Assembly (NCBI GenBank): GCA_021831785.1
Contig: JAKBMB010000029.1
Location: forward strand, 87,065-151,064
Reading direction: 5' to 3'
Length of the DNA stretch: 64,000 bases
Source: Deltaproteobacteria bacterium
GTDB lineage: Bacteria > Desulfobacterota > Binatia > Binatales > Binataceae
A model generated the notes under the pieces. The model was not told the DNA's origin. It worked only from the letters and a program-made list of their open reading frames with translations, and searched no databases. The first letter of the stretch is position 1. Every line of letters begins with the position of its first letter. Positions 18,530-28,936 of this stretch are shown in pieces. The position numbers and the translations under genes were made by a program.

Positions 18530-20422
18530 ATGGCAGAGAGCGGGATAATTCAGGTCCTTCCGGAGCAGGTGGCCAGCCAGATTGCGGCGGGCGAGGTTGT
18601 CGAGCGTCCCGCCTCGGCGGTCAAAGAGCTGATCGAAAATTCGCTCGATGCCGGCGCGCGCAGACTCTCGATCGAGGTGGCCGGCGGTGGACGCAGCCTT
18701 ATCGCGGTCGGCGACGACGGCTGCGGAATGAGCCCCGCCGACGTGCGGCTGTGCTTGCGCCGCCACGCCACATCGAAAATTCGCACGCTCGCCGACCTGA
18801 ACCGGATCCGCAGCTTTGGCTTTCGCGGCGAAGCGCTGGCCTCGCTCGCCAGTGTCTCGCGCCTCGCGGTCAAAACGCGCCGCGCTCAGGACCCTTGCGG
18901 AATGATGCTTCGCGCGCTGGGCGGCGACATGGTCGACAGCGCCGAATGCGCGATGGCGCCGGGCACGCGGGTCGAGGCCCGGGACCTGTTCTTCAACACT
19001 CCGGCGCGTCTTAAGTTCCTCAAAACGGTTGCGACCGAGCAGGCGGCGATTATCGATTGCGTGCAGCGCCTGGCCTTGGCCAATTTCGAGGCCGCCTTTT
19101 CTCTGACCGGCGATGAGCGCCAGGTGCTCGAGCTGCCGCCTGCGAGCGCATTGTTGGAGCGCATCCGCCAGCTCTTCGGCGACGAGATCGCCCGCGCCTT
19201 GCTCGCTTTTGAAGCCGCGGGCGCGGAGATGACGGTCAGAGGATTCGCGGCTCATAGTCAGATTTCTTTCGCCGGCGCGCGAATGATCTTCACCTACGTC
19301 AATCAGCGGCCGGTTCGCGACCGTCTGCTAGCGCGCTCGGTAAGCCAGGCGTACGCGGGCTTGTTGCCGCGCGGCCGTTATCCGGCGGTGATGTTGTTCG
19401 TTGAGCTGCCGGCGCGCGAAGTTGACGTCAACGTCCATCCGATGAAGACCGAGATTCGCTTTCGGCGCTCGGGCGCGGTCTTCGAAGCGGTCTATCGTGT
19501 GCTGCGGGATCGCTTGGCCAATCAGGTTCCGTACGCGCCGCCTGTCGCCGCCAACGAATGGTCGGGGAAATCCGACCGGGAATCGACGTCGCCTGACTTA
19601 AACCGTGCGCCGGCCGGCATGTCAGCGCCGGTCCGGGCCGATGATTTTGCGACTCGTGCCGGCGGCGCGGCGCAGCCGCTGGACGCTCAAGCTAAATCCG
19701 GCGGGCTGCGGCTTATTATCGACAATGCGCCATCGCGCCACGGCGAGGTGCGTGTGCCCGCCGGCGCGCGCGAACCGATGGCGGAGCAAGGTCAAATCGA
19801 GTCCGGCGCAGCCGTCGTGCCGACTCGCTCCGAAGCGCTTCCCTGCTATTCGGAGCTCCGCTTGCTCGGCCAATTTCTCGCCGGTTATATCGTGTTGGAG
19901 CAGGATGACGGGCTTCTTCTGGTGGACCAGCACGCCGCCCACGAGCGCGTAACCTTCGAGAAGCTGCGCGCGGAGTTGGCCGGCGGCGGCGTGCGTGTTC
20001 AGGCGCGGCTGGTGGCGGAGCCGCTTGAGTTGAGCGCGGCCGGCGCCGGCGAGGTCCTCGCCGCCTTGCCGGCGTTGCGCGCGCTGGGATTTGACGTGGA
20101 GCCCTTCGGCCCGCGCAGTATCGTGGTCAAAGGCACGCCCGCGCTTTTTGCGCCGAGCGAGGGCTTGCGCCTGCTGAGCGACCTTATTGAGGGCGTCGGC
20201 GAGGAAGGCCTGGCGGCCGACAGCGCGTCCGCGTTCGAACTTAAGCTCAAGCTTATCGCTTGCCACGGCTCAATTCGGGTCGGCCGCGCGCTGACCGAGC
20301 CCGAAATGAGGCGGCTGCTCGAGGAGCTTGACCGCGCGCCGTTCAAGACCAATTGTCCCCATGGCCGGCCGGTTCATATCCGGTTCGGCCTCGCGCAAAT
20401 CGAACGCATGTTTCGACGATGA
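18530..20422 (+). CDS. mutL: DNA mismatch repair protein MutL
   Basis: IQVLPEQVASQIAAGEVVERPASAVKELIENSLDAGA (GHKL ATPase N-terminus) and the C-terminal dimerisation domain. Start placed at the ATG at 18530 (MAESGIIQ...). The ORF as given begins at 18407. Confidence 0.9.
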   Translation: MAESGIIQVLPEQVASQIAAGEVVERPASAVKELIENSLDAGARRLSIEVAGGGRSLIAVGDDGCGMSPADVRLCLRRHATSKIRTLADLNRIRSFGFRGEALASLASVSRLAVKTRRAQDPCGMMLRALGGDMVDSAECAMAPGTRVEARDLFFNTPARLKFLKTVATEQAAIIDCVQRLALANFEAAFSLTGDERQVLELPPASALLERIRQLFGDEIARALLAFEAAGAEMTVRGFAAHSQISFAGARMIFTYVNQRPVRDRLLARSVSQAYAGLLPRGRYPAVMLFVELPAREVDVNVHPMKTEIRFRRSGAVFEAVYRVLRDRLANQVPYAPPVAANEWSGKSDRESTSPDLNRAPAGMSAPVRADDFATRAGGAAQPLDAQAKSGGLRLIIDNAPSRHGEVRVPAGAREPMAEQGQIESGAAVVPTRSEALPCYSELRLLGQFLAGYIVLEQDDGLLLVDQHAAHERVTFEKLRAELAGGGVRVQARLVAEPLELSAAGAGEVLAALPALRALGFDVEPFGPRSIVVKGTPALFAPSEGLRLLSDLIEGVGEEGLAADSASAFELKLKLIACHGSIRVGRALTEPEMRRLLEELDRAPFKTNCPHGRPVHIRFGLAQIERMFRR

Positions 20423-21381
20423 GCACCGCCACGCGGGTTCGCATCGGGCTGATAGTGGGCCCTACCGCCACCGGCAAAAGCGCTCTGGCAGTCGATATCG
20501 CCGAGCGTTTGGGGGCCGAGATCGTTAATGCCGACTCGCGCCAGCTTTATATCGGGATGGATATCGGCACGGCCAAGCCGACGCCCGAGCAGCGTGCCCG
20601 CGTGGCGCATCACTTGCTCGATGTTTGCACGCCCGACCGGCCGCTTGACGTGGCGAGATTTGCCGCGCTTGGGCGCCGTGCTATCGAGGAAATCGCCGCG
20701 CGCGGCCGCCCGGTGATGGTTTGCGGCGGCAGCGGTCTTTACCTCAAGGTTCTGCTGCGCGGAATTTTTCCCGGACCCGCCGCCAGTCCCGAGCTGCGGC
20801 GCGAATTGCTGGAAGAAGGGGCCCGGCACGGTCCGCAGTATCTGCACGAAAAGCTTCGCGCGGCCGATCCCCTGGCCGCCCAGCGAATCGCCCCGCGCGA
20901 CGTTGCGCGCGCGCTTCGCGCGCTCGAGGTTTTTCGCCTGACCGGCACGCCGCTCAGCGTCTATCATGAGCGCCATGGCTTTGTCGAAGCGCGCTACGAA
21001 GGCTTGGTAATCGGACTTGCGATGGCGCGCGAGCAGCTCTACGCCGCGATTGATCGGCGCTTCGACGCGTCGCTGGCCGCCGGTTTTCTTGACGAGGTGC
21101 GCGCGCTGCTCGCCAGAGGCTATGACTTCGGGCGGCCCCCGCTCTCGACCATCGGCTACCGCCACCTGGCGGCCCATCTGCGGGGCGAGATGGCGCTGGA
21201 ACAGGCAGTTGCGCTCGCCAAGCGCGACACGCGCCGGTTTGCTAAGCGCCAGTTGACCTGGTTTCGCCGCGACGGGCAAATTCTCTGGATGACCCCGGAG
21301 CAGGCCGGCGTGCAGGCGCCCGCGATGTTTTCGCGCTTCTTATGCGCCGACGCGGCCCCCGGCGCCACGGTAGGCCAATGA
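20419..21381 (+). CDS. miaA: tRNA dimethylallyltransferase
   Basis: GLIVGPTATGKSALAVDIAERLGAEIVNADSRQLYIGMDIGTAKPT. ATGA overlap with the mutL stop. Confidence 0.9.
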   Translation: MSTATRVRIGLIVGPTATGKSALAVDIAERLGAEIVNADSRQLYIGMDIGTAKPTPEQRARVAHHLLDVCTPDRPLDVARFAALGRRAIEEIAARGRPVMVCGGSGLYLKVLLRGIFPGPAASPELRRELLEEGARHGPQYLHEKLRAADPLAAQRIAPRDVARALRALEVFRLTGTPLSVYHERHGFVEARYEGLVIGLAMAREQLYAAIDRRFDASLAAGFLDEVRALLARGYDFGRPPLSTIGYRHLAAHLRGEMALEQAVALAKRDTRRFAKRQLTWFRRDGQILWMTPEQAGVQAPAMFSRFLCADAAPGATVGQ

Positions 21382-22277
21382 TCCGCCGGCCGCGCTCCGG
21401 AAAAAACAACGCGGACCGCAGGCATGCCGACGGCCGAGAGCTAACCGCGATAGAGCGGGTCCGGCTGGCGCGGGAGGCGGCGCGGCCGCAAACCCTCGAT
21501 TACGTTGAACGGCTGATTGACGAATTCTTCGAGATTCATGGCGACCGGCGCTTCGCGGATGACGACGCTATAGTTGCCGGGATCGGCCGCTTTGACGGCC
21601 GTCCGGTTGCTCTAGTCGGCCATCAACGCGGGCATACGACCGCCGAACGTATCAAGCGCAACTTCGGACGGCCCAATCCCGAGGGCTACCGCAAAGCGGC
21701 GCGCGTTTACGAGTTGGCCGAGCGGTTTGTCTTGCCCTTGCTGACGTTCATCGATACCCAGGGGGCCGAGCCCGGCGTGGGCGCCGAGGAACGCGGCCAG
21801 GCCGAGGCGATCGCGCGGAATCTTGAGCTAATGGCTAGGCTTAAGACACCGGTCGTGGCCTGCGTGATCGGCGAAGGGGGCTCGGGCGGCGCCCTGGCGC
21901 TCAGCGTGGGCAACGTAATTCTGATGCAGGAGAACGCCTGCTTTTCGGTGATCACGCCCGAAGGTTGCGCGGCCATCCTTTGGCGTGAAGCATCGCCGGA
22001 TAAAGTGGCCGCGGCAGCGCAGGCGCTCAAGCTCTCGGCGCCCGACCTGTTGCGGTTGGGCGTCATTGAAGAGATCGTTGAGGAGCCGCCCGGCGGAGCG
22101 CATCGTGACCCCAATCAGGCGGCTCGTATGTTGGGCGAGGCGATCGGGCGCCATCTGCGCAGGCTTTCGCGTTGCGCGCCCCAGGTGCTTCGCCGCCAGC
22201 GCGAGCGCAAGTTCGCTAAGATTGGCGACAAATTCGTCGCGCCCGTATCGGTTGAAAAAACCAGGCTTTTGGAATAA
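21378..22277 (+). CDS. accA: Acetyl-CoA carboxylase carboxyltransferase subunit alpha
   Basis: Aligns with E. coli AccA across PQTLDYVERLIDEFFEIHGDRRFADD...GRPNPEGYRKAARVYELAERF...VIGEGGSGGALAL. ATGA overlap with the miaA stop. Confidence 0.9.
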   Translation: MIRRPRSGKNNADRRHADGRELTAIERVRLAREAARPQTLDYVERLIDEFFEIHGDRRFADDDAIVAGIGRFDGRPVALVGHQRGHTTAERIKRNFGRPNPEGYRKAARVYELAERFVLPLLTFIDTQGAEPGVGAEERGQAEAIARNLELMARLKTPVVACVIGEGGSGGALALSVGNVILMQENACFSVITPEGCAAILWREASPDKVAAAAQALKLSAPDLLRLGVIEEIVEEPPGGAHRDPNQAARMLGEAIGRHLRRLSRCAPQVLRRQRERKFAKIGDKFVAPVSVEKTRLLE

Positions 22278-22289
22278 GCCCTTTGCGCT

Positions 22290-23450
22290 ATGGCGGCTTT
22301 TGCGAAACAGCGCGTGCGCATCACCAGCGTCGAGCGGCTGCGCAGCAGAATTGACGAGGTCAATCGGAAGCTATTGCGCCTGCTGGCCGAGCGAGGGCGC
22401 CTGGCCCAAGCGATCGGCGAGCTCAAACGGCGCAACGGCGAAGCAGTCTATCAACCGGCGCGCGAAGAGGCAGTGCTGGATTCGGTGGTCGAGCAAAACC
22501 CGGGGCCGCTCAGCGACGAGCAAGTGCAACGCATTTTCGTCGAGATCATCTCGGCCTGCCGCGCGCTTGAGCGCGAACTCCGAATCGCCTACCTCGGTCC
22601 GCCTTACACCTACTCGCATCAGGCGGCGCTCGGCCGCTTCGGCTCGAGCGCTGCGCTGGTCGCTGAGGCTTCGATTCCGGACGTATTCCGCGCGCTGGAA
22701 AACGGGCGCGCTGACTTCGGCATTGTGCCGGTGGAGAACTCCACCGAGGGCTCGGTCGGCGTCACGCTCGACCTCTTGATCGATACCTCGCTCAAGATTG
22801 TCGGCGAAGTTATGCTGCCGGTGCGCCACGCACTGCTGTCGCTTGACGGCGAGCCGAAGAAGGTGCGCAAAATCATCTCTCATCAGCAGTCGCTGGCGCA
22901 GTGCCGGACCTACCTGGCGGCTAATTTCACACATTGCGAGCAGGAGACCGCGGCGTCAAACGCGCTGGCCGCGCGGCGCGCCGCCGAGGACCCGGCGTGC
23001 GCAGCGATCGCCTCGAAGGCGGCGGCCGGCGCGTACGGCCTCAAGGTGATCGCCGACGGAGTTCAGGATTCGCCCAACAACGCGACCAGGTTTTTGATTA
23101 TCGGTAGCCAACCGGCCGCGCGCGCCGGCCGCGAAAAGACCTCGCTTTTGTTCTCGGTGGCCGATCGAGTCGGGGCGCTGAGCCAGGCGCTGGGGGCGTT
23201 TGCCCGCAACGCGATAAACCTGTCTAAGATCGAGTCGCGGCCGCTGCGCGGGCGACCCTGGCAGTACCTGTTCTTTGTTGACGTGGCAGGCCATCAGGAA
23301 GAGCCCAAGCTTAAGCGGACGCTGGCCGAACTAGCGCATAAGGTGCTTTTTTTGAAGGTCCTGGGATCATATCCTGAAGCTGCGCCGGTCGAGCGCAGAC
23401 GCGTTGCGGAGGAGGCAGTTGGTAAAGGCCGAAGAACTGGTTTTGCCTAG
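22290..23450 (+). CDS. pheA: Bifunctional chorismate mutase / prephenate dehydratase (P-protein) with ACT domain
   Basis: N-terminal CM helix (RSRIDEVNRKLLRLLAERGRLAQAIGELK), the PDT domain (RIAYLGPPYTYSHQAA...VPVENSTEGSV) and an ACT tail. Confidence 0.9.
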   Translation: MAAFAKQRVRITSVERLRSRIDEVNRKLLRLLAERGRLAQAIGELKRRNGEAVYQPAREEAVLDSVVEQNPGPLSDEQVQRIFVEIISACRALERELRIAYLGPPYTYSHQAALGRFGSSAALVAEASIPDVFRALENGRADFGIVPVENSTEGSVGVTLDLLIDTSLKIVGEVMLPVRHALLSLDGEPKKVRKIISHQQSLAQCRTYLAANFTHCEQETAASNALAARRAAEDPACAAIASKAAAGAYGLKVIADGVQDSPNNATRFLIIGSQPAARAGREKTSLLFSVADRVGALSQALGAFARNAINLSKIESRPLRGRPWQYLFFVDVAGHQEEPKLKRTLAELAHKVLFLKVLGSYPEAAPVERRRVAEEAVGKGRRTGFA

Positions 23451-24519
23451 CGTGGCGGCGCTGGCGCCGTACGAGCCGGGCAAGCCGGTCGAAGAGGTGG
23501 AGCGCGAGCTCGGAATCAAGAACGCCGTTAAACTGGCTTCCAACGAGAATCCGGTCGGTCCGTCGCCGTTGGCCGTGAAGGCGCTCAGCGAGGCGCTGAG
23601 CGGCCTTAACCGCTATCCGGACGGAGGCGGCTATTACCTACGCCAACGGCTCGCCACGCATCACGCCATCGGCGTGGACGAAATTTTTCTCGGCGACGGT
23701 TCGTGTGAAATCTTAAATCTCCTGGCGCAGTTGTTTCTCCGGCCCGGCCTTAACGCGGTGGTCAGCGAACACTCGTTCGTGATTTACCGGCTGGCGGTGG
23801 CCGCCACCGGCGCCGGCATCAAGACCGTCCCGCTCAACGGTCTTACGCTCGACCTCGAGGCGATCGGGGGCGCGATCGACGAACATACACGGATCGTTTT
23901 TCTCGGCAATCCTAACAACCCGACAGGCACGATCTACCGGCGCGCAGCGTGGGAGAAGTTTTTGCGGCGCGTGCCGGCGGCAACGGTTATCGCGGCCGAT
24001 GAGGCGTACTTCGAGTTCGTGCGCGATGCCGATTACCCGGACTCGATGCGCTACCACGACGGCGAGCGAATACTGGTCACGCTGCGCACGTTTTCCAAGA
24101 TCTTCGGGCTCGCCGGACTTCGCGCCGGCTACGCGGTTGCGCGCAAGGACGTGGTCGCGATGCTCAACCACGTGCGCCAGCCGTTCAACGTCTCTTCCCT
24201 AGCGCAGGCAGCGGTGCTGGCCGCGATGGACGACCGGGAGCACGTGCGCAAGACGCTGGAGGTCAACGCCGCCGGCGTCGCCTATTTGGAGCGGGAGTTC
24301 AGGCGTCTGGGCGTCGGCTTCGCGCCGACCCAGGCTAATTTTGTGTTGGCCGAGGTCGGCGACGGACGCACCGTGTTCGACCAACTGCTCCGGTCGGGCG
24401 TTATCGTAAGGCCGATGGATTCTTACGGCCTGCCGCGCCACGTGCGCATCAGCGTCGGCCTGGAGGAAGAAAACCGGCGCCTCATCGAAGCCTTGGAAGC
24501 GGCGCTCAAGCGCCGGTGA
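23419..24519 (+). CDS. hisC: Histidinol-phosphate/aromatic aminotransferase (class II, HisC-like)
   Basis: NENPVGPSPLAVKAL...RYPDGGGYYLRQRLA and the PLP-lysine region (FSKIFGLAGLRAGY). Start ambiguous (TTG at 23419 after ggagg, GTG at 23452, or 23404 as in the ORF track). Confidence 0.8.
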   Translation: MVKAEELVLPSVAALAPYEPGKPVEEVERELGIKNAVKLASNENPVGPSPLAVKALSEALSGLNRYPDGGGYYLRQRLATHHAIGVDEIFLGDGSCEILNLLAQLFLRPGLNAVVSEHSFVIYRLAVAATGAGIKTVPLNGLTLDLEAIGGAIDEHTRIVFLGNPNNPTGTIYRRAAWEKFLRRVPAATVIAADEAYFEFVRDADYPDSMRYHDGERILVTLRTFSKIFGLAGLRAGYAVARKDVVAMLNHVRQPFNVSSLAQAAVLAAMDDREHVRKTLEVNAAGVAYLEREFRRLGVGFAPTQANFVLAEVGDGRTVFDQLLRSGVIVRPMDSYGLPRHVRISVGLEEENRRLIEALEAALKRR

Positions 24520-24689
24520 GCAAAGCGAGGTTGTTCGCGGCCTAGGCTGCGCGATTTGGCGCAGGGGGCGGGGCTTTGCTCAGCGAAACCCGCGGTGCCC
24601 CGCGCTTTTGGTAGAGGCGGCTCGCGCCCGAAGGCGGCCTGACCCGCGGCAAATGCTCCTTGATCGGAGACTTTCGTGGTGGAGATTCG

Positions 24690-25547
24690 ATGCTTGTCGG
24701 GCGCATGACGGTGTGCGGCGTGGGTCTTGTGGGAGGCTCGCTGGCCCTGGCCGTTCGCAAGTCCGGGTTGGCGCGGGAGGTCGTGGGGTTCGACCGGGAA
24801 CGGAGCAACCTTGACTTCGCGCTAAGCCACGGCCTGATAAGCCGCGCTGCCGACTCGCCCGCCGCGGCCGCGCAAGGCGCCGAACTCGTGGTGCTGGCGA
24901 CGCCGGTGCTGGCGATGCCTAAGGTGCTCGCGGCGATGGCAGCGCATCTGCCGGACGGCGCGGTGGTGAGCGATACGGGCAGCGTCAAGGCCTGGGTGGC
25001 GCGCAAGCTTGCCCCGCTCTTGCGCGGCGGGATGGCGCTGGTGCCGGCCCATCCGATCGCCGGCAAAGAGCTTGGCGGGCCGGCCGCGGCGGAGGCGTCC
25101 TTGTTCGCGGGCCGGCGCGTGATCATCACCCCGTGCGCGCGCACCAGCGCCGACGGCCTACGGGTGGTCGAAGCGGTGTACCGCTCCTTGGGCGCCGCAG
25201 TTGAGATGATGGACGCGCAAACTCATGACGAGCTTTTGGCGCACGCGAGCCATCTGCCGCAGATCGCCGCGACCGCGCTCGCGCTCGCCCTGGGTCCGGC
25301 GCGGGTGGGCGATAAAGCCGCCTTCGAGTACGGCGCGAGCGGCCTTCGCGATATGACCCGGCTGGCGCTCTCGCAGCCCGAGCTTTGGCGTGACGTCTGC
25401 CTGACCAATCGCGAGCCGCTCTTGCGGGCGCTCGCGCTGTATCGCGAGGCCCTCGACGAGATGCAGCAGCTTATCGAGCAAGGCGACGCGCCGGGCCTCG
25501 CGGCGGCTTTGGCCCGCGGCCGCCGGATGCGCGAGCAACTCAAATGA
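24690..25547 (+). CDS. tyrA: Prephenate/arogenate dehydrogenase
   Basis: Rossmann fold VCGVGLVGGSLALAVRKSG and the TyrA core (SDTGSVKAWVA...VPAHPIAGKE). Lies among pheA, hisC and cmk. Confidence 0.85.
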   Translation: MLVGRMTVCGVGLVGGSLALAVRKSGLAREVVGFDRERSNLDFALSHGLISRAADSPAAAAQGAELVVLATPVLAMPKVLAAMAAHLPDGAVVSDTGSVKAWVARKLAPLLRGGMALVPAHPIAGKELGGPAAAEASLFAGRRVIITPCARTSADGLRVVEAVYRSLGAAVEMMDAQTHDELLAHASHLPQIAATALALALGPARVGDKAAFEYGASGLRDMTRLALSQPELWRDVCLTNREPLLRALALYREALDEMQQLIEQGDAPGLAAALARGRRMREQLK

Positions 25548-26233
25548 GCACCGAGTCGGCGGTTATCGCGATTGACGGACCTGCGGCCGCGGGCAAATCA
25601 ACCGTCGCGCGGGAGCTCGCGCGCGAGCTCGGCTTCAACTATGTGAATACGGGCGCGATGTACCGCGCGGTGGCCGTCGCCGTGCGCGAGGCCGGGATGG
25701 AGTCCTACGGCGGCGGTGATTTCCTCGAGCGGCTCAAAGCGCTGCTGGCCGCGGCGGATATCGGCGTGGCGGCCGGCCGGGTGACGCTCAACGGGCGCGA
25801 CCTGGGCGAGTCGCTGAACGCGCGCGGCATCGACGACCTGGCTTCGCGGTTGTCCGCACTTGCTCCGGTGCGAGAAAAAATGCGCGCGATGCAGCGGCGG
25901 ATCGCCGTGGACGGAGCGGTGGTGATGGAAGGCCGCGACGTCGGCACCGTGATTTTTCCCGAGGCGCGGTTCAAGTTTTTCCTCGACGCGCAGCCGGAGG
26001 TCAGGGCGCAGCGCCGATTTGCCCAGTTGGCGGCGGCCGGGGCCAAGACCACTCTGGGCGAAGTGTTGCAGCAGTTAGTGGAGCGCGACCAGCGTGACTC
26101 AAGCCGCGAAATCGCGCCGCTTAAGCCCGCGCCCGACGCCATCGTAATCGACTCGAGCGCGCTGTCGGTGAAGGCCGTGGTCGGGCGGATGAAGGCGTTT
26201 GTCGCCGAGGGCAAAAAGGACCGCGGGTCTTGA
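25544..26233 (+). CDS. cmk: Cytidylate kinase
   Basis: IAIDGPAAAGKSTVARELARELGFNYVNTGAMYRAVA. cmk-rpsA synteny. Confidence 0.9.
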   Translation: MSTESAVIAIDGPAAAGKSTVARELARELGFNYVNTGAMYRAVAVAVREAGMESYGGGDFLERLKALLAAADIGVAAGRVTLNGRDLGESLNARGIDDLASRLSALAPVREKMRAMQRRIAVDGAVVMEGRDVGTVIFPEARFKFFLDAQPEVRAQRRFAQLAAAGAKTTLGEVLQQLVERDQRDSSREIAPLKPAPDAIVIDSSALSVKAVVGRMKAFVAEGKKDRGS

Positions 26234-26295
26234 AACTGGCTGCTGCGGCTGTAAGGATTCCAGTTAGCCCAATTTCTGTTTGCAGGTCCCGCTAA

Positions 26296-28041
26296 ATGGA
26301 GAAAGGTTTGTCTAGCGAAGTCCGCGGACAAGAGGATGAGTTTCGTTCACTCCTCGAAAACAGCGTGAACGCGCCGCGGATAGGTGATGTGCTCACCGGT
26401 CGGGTGCTCCAAGTCACCCGCGACCGCGTTATCGTTGATATCGGCTACAAATGCGAGGGTCAAGCGCCCTTGGCGGAGTTTCTCGACGCTGAAGGGAAGG
26501 TGGCGGTCCACGAAGGCGACGAGGTTGACGTCTATTTCGAGAGCGCCGAGACCGACAACGGCACGGTGCTGCTTTCGCGGGCCAAGGCCGAGAAGCTGCG
26601 CGTATGGCGCGAGCTTGAGCGCGCCTATCTCAGCGAGACTCCGGTTGACGGGGTAATCCTCGGGCGCGTCAAGGGCGGGCTCAAGGTGGATATCGGCGTG
26701 CACGCCTTCTTGCCCGGCTCTCATCTGGACGTCCGCCCTACGCGCAATCTAGACCGTTTCGTCGGCCAGCACGGGCGCTTCCAGATCCTCAAGTTCAACC
26801 GCTCGCGGGGCAACGTCGTGGTTTCGCGCCGTCGCGTGTTGGAGCGCGAACTCTCTTCGCTCAAAGAGCAAACGCTAAAGCTTCTCGACGAGGGCGTCAT
26901 TTTCGAGGGCACGGTGAAAAACATCACCGACTACGGCGCTTTCGTCGACTTAGGCGGAATCGACGGCTTGCTTCACGTCACCGATATGTCATGGGGCCGC
27001 CTGCAGCATCCCAGCGACGCGCTCAAGGTCGGCGATAAGGTCAAGGTCGTCGTGCTCAAATACGACCCCGAGCGCGAGCGAGTATCGCTCGGGATGAAGC
27101 AGCTCGTACCTGACCCGTGGACCTCCGCGGCCGCGAACTATCCGGTCGGCGCCAGGGTCAAGGGCAAGGTCGTCAGCCTCGCCGAATACGGCGCCTTCGT
27201 CGAATTGGAAAAGGGCGTCGAGGGCCTGATCCATGTCTCGGAGATGAGCTGGACCAAACGGATGGTGCACCCATCGAAAGTGGTCAACGTGGGGGAAGAG
27301 GTCGAGGTGCAGGTATTGGGGGTTGACGAGGCGAATCGGCGCATTTCCTTGGGCCTTAAACAGGTAGAGGCGAATCCTTGGGAAAAGCTGTCCGAGACCC
27401 ACCCCGTAGGCAGCAGGGTCAAAGGAAAGATCAGGTCGATTACCGATTTCGGCGTCTTCGTCGAGATCGAGCCCGGAATCGACGGACTGGTTCACATCTC
27501 GGACCTGTCCTGGACCCGCAAGGTCAAGCATCCGTCGGAGCTGTGGAAGAAGGGCGATCAGGTCGAAGCGGTGGTGCTCGGCATCGATGTGGCGAACGAA
27601 AGGATCAGCCTCGGCATCAAGCAGCTCGCCGCCGATCCCTGGGAGACGATCGCCCAGCATTATCCGTTGAACACCAAGGTCAAGGGCAAGGTGAGTTCGG
27701 TCGCGGACTTCGGCGTTTTCGTCGCCCTGGAGGAAGGCGTCGAGGGTCTGATCCACGTCTCTCAGCTCAGCTCGAATCGAGTGGACAAGCCGTCTTCGCT
27801 ATTCAAGGTCGGGGATGAAGTCGAAGCGCTGGTCATACAGGCCGACCCCAAGGAGCGGCGCCTGGGGCTCTCGATTCGCGCGCTCAGGCAGCATGAGGAG
27901 CGCGAGGAGATGCACGCTTACATGAAGCGCGAGCACGAGGGCGCGCGTTTTTCCCTGGAGGACATCCTCAACGAGGAGCTGCGCCTGGACCGCGATGAGG
28001 GCGGACGCAAGAGCTCACGGGCGGCCAAGGACCGCGACTGA
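26296..28041 (+). CDS. rpsA: 30S ribosomal protein S1
   Basis: 581 aa with six repeated S1 domains (GxVxxITDFGAFVxL...GLxHxSE motifs). Confidence 0.9.
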   Translation: MEKGLSSEVRGQEDEFRSLLENSVNAPRIGDVLTGRVLQVTRDRVIVDIGYKCEGQAPLAEFLDAEGKVAVHEGDEVDVYFESAETDNGTVLLSRAKAEKLRVWRELERAYLSETPVDGVILGRVKGGLKVDIGVHAFLPGSHLDVRPTRNLDRFVGQHGRFQILKFNRSRGNVVVSRRRVLERELSSLKEQTLKLLDEGVIFEGTVKNITDYGAFVDLGGIDGLLHVTDMSWGRLQHPSDALKVGDKVKVVVLKYDPERERVSLGMKQLVPDPWTSAAANYPVGARVKGKVVSLAEYGAFVELEKGVEGLIHVSEMSWTKRMVHPSKVVNVGEEVEVQVLGVDEANRRISLGLKQVEANPWEKLSETHPVGSRVKGKIRSITDFGVFVEIEPGIDGLVHISDLSWTRKVKHPSELWKKGDQVEAVVLGIDVANERISLGIKQLAADPWETIAQHYPLNTKVKGKVSSVADFGVFVALEEGVEGLIHVSQLSSNRVDKPSSLFKVGDEVEALVIQADPKERRLGLSIRALRQHEEREEMHAYMKREHEGARFSLEDILNEELRLDRDEGGRKSSRAAKDRD

Positions 28042-28077
28042 CCCAAGCGCCGGGGCCAGGTCACGTGGGGAGCCGCG

Positions 28078-28383
28078 ATGACAAAAAGAGGGATTGTCGG
28101 CGAGCTGCTGGGGCGGCGGTCCACGCTATCCCATCGGCAAGCCGAGTCGGTCGTGAACGCTGTTTTCGAGGCGATTGCCGCCGCCCTCGCCGAAGGCGCG
28201 AGAGTGGAGATTCGCAGTTTTGGAGCTTTCGGCGTGAAGCAGCGCAGGCCGCGTCAGGGACGCAATCCGAGGACCGGCGAGCTGGTCGAAGTTAGGGCCA
28301 AACGGGTGCCATTCTTTCGCGCGGGAGAGGAGCTGCGGGGGGAAGTTAACGGGCGCGCCGGGCGTAGCGTTGCCAAATCCTGA
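28078..28383 (+). CDS. ihfB: Integration host factor beta / HU-family DNA-binding protein
   Basis: 101 aa: SVVNAVFEAIAAALAEGARVEIRSFGAFGVKQRRPRQGRNPRTGELVEVRAKRVPFFRAG is the HU/IHF fold signature. rpsA-ihfB synteny. Confidence 0.85.
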   Translation: MTKRGIVGELLGRRSTLSHRQAESVVNAVFEAIAAALAEGARVEIRSFGAFGVKQRRPRQGRNPRTGELVEVRAKRVPFFRAGEELRGEVNGRAGRSVAKS

Positions 28384-28912
28384 GCGGACGCCGACGAACC
28401 TGGAGAAGCTCTGGGCGCCTTGGCGCGCCGCGTATATTTCCTCTTCCTGGCGCGCCGCCCGCGCCTGCATTTTCTGCGTAGGGCGCCTAAGCGCAAATCG
28501 GCGCCGGCGCAAGCTCGTGCTCTACGCGGGACCCGCCGCGGTGGTGATGCTTAATCGCTACCCCTATAATAATGGACACATGATGGTGGCGCCGCGCCGG
28601 CACCTGCCCTCGTTGGAGGCGCTCGACGAGCGCGAGCGGAGCGCGTTGAACGAGCTGCTGTGCGACTCGGTCGCGATCTTACGGCGCGCGCTCAAGCCGT
28701 CAGGCTTCAACCTCGGAGCGAATGTCGGACGCGTGGCCGGAGCGGGCTTCCCCGGTCACTTCCACTGGCACATCGTGCCGCGCTGGGACGGCGACACGAA
28801 TTTTATGCCGACGCTGGCGGCGACGAAAGTTATCTCGCAGCATCTGGAAGCCAGCTTCGATCTGCTGAGTCCGTTGTTCGAGGCGCTGGCGACCGGCGCG
28901 GCGAAAAAGTGA
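28370..28912 (+). CDS. HIT-family (histidine triad) nucleotide hydrolase/transferase
   Basis: Histidine triad HFHWHIVPR and NNGHMMVAPRRH. TTG start overlaps the ihfB 3' end by 14 nt. Confidence 0.75.
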   Translation: MPNPERTPTNLEKLWAPWRAAYISSSWRAARACIFCVGRLSANRRRRKLVLYAGPAAVVMLNRYPYNNGHMMVAPRRHLPSLEALDERERSALNELLCDSVAILRRALKPSGFNLGANVGRVAGAGFPGHFHWHIVPRWDGDTNFMPTLAATKVISQHLEASFDLLSPLFEALATGAAKK

Positions 28913-28936
28913 GGACCGCTTCTTAGGCTGACTTTC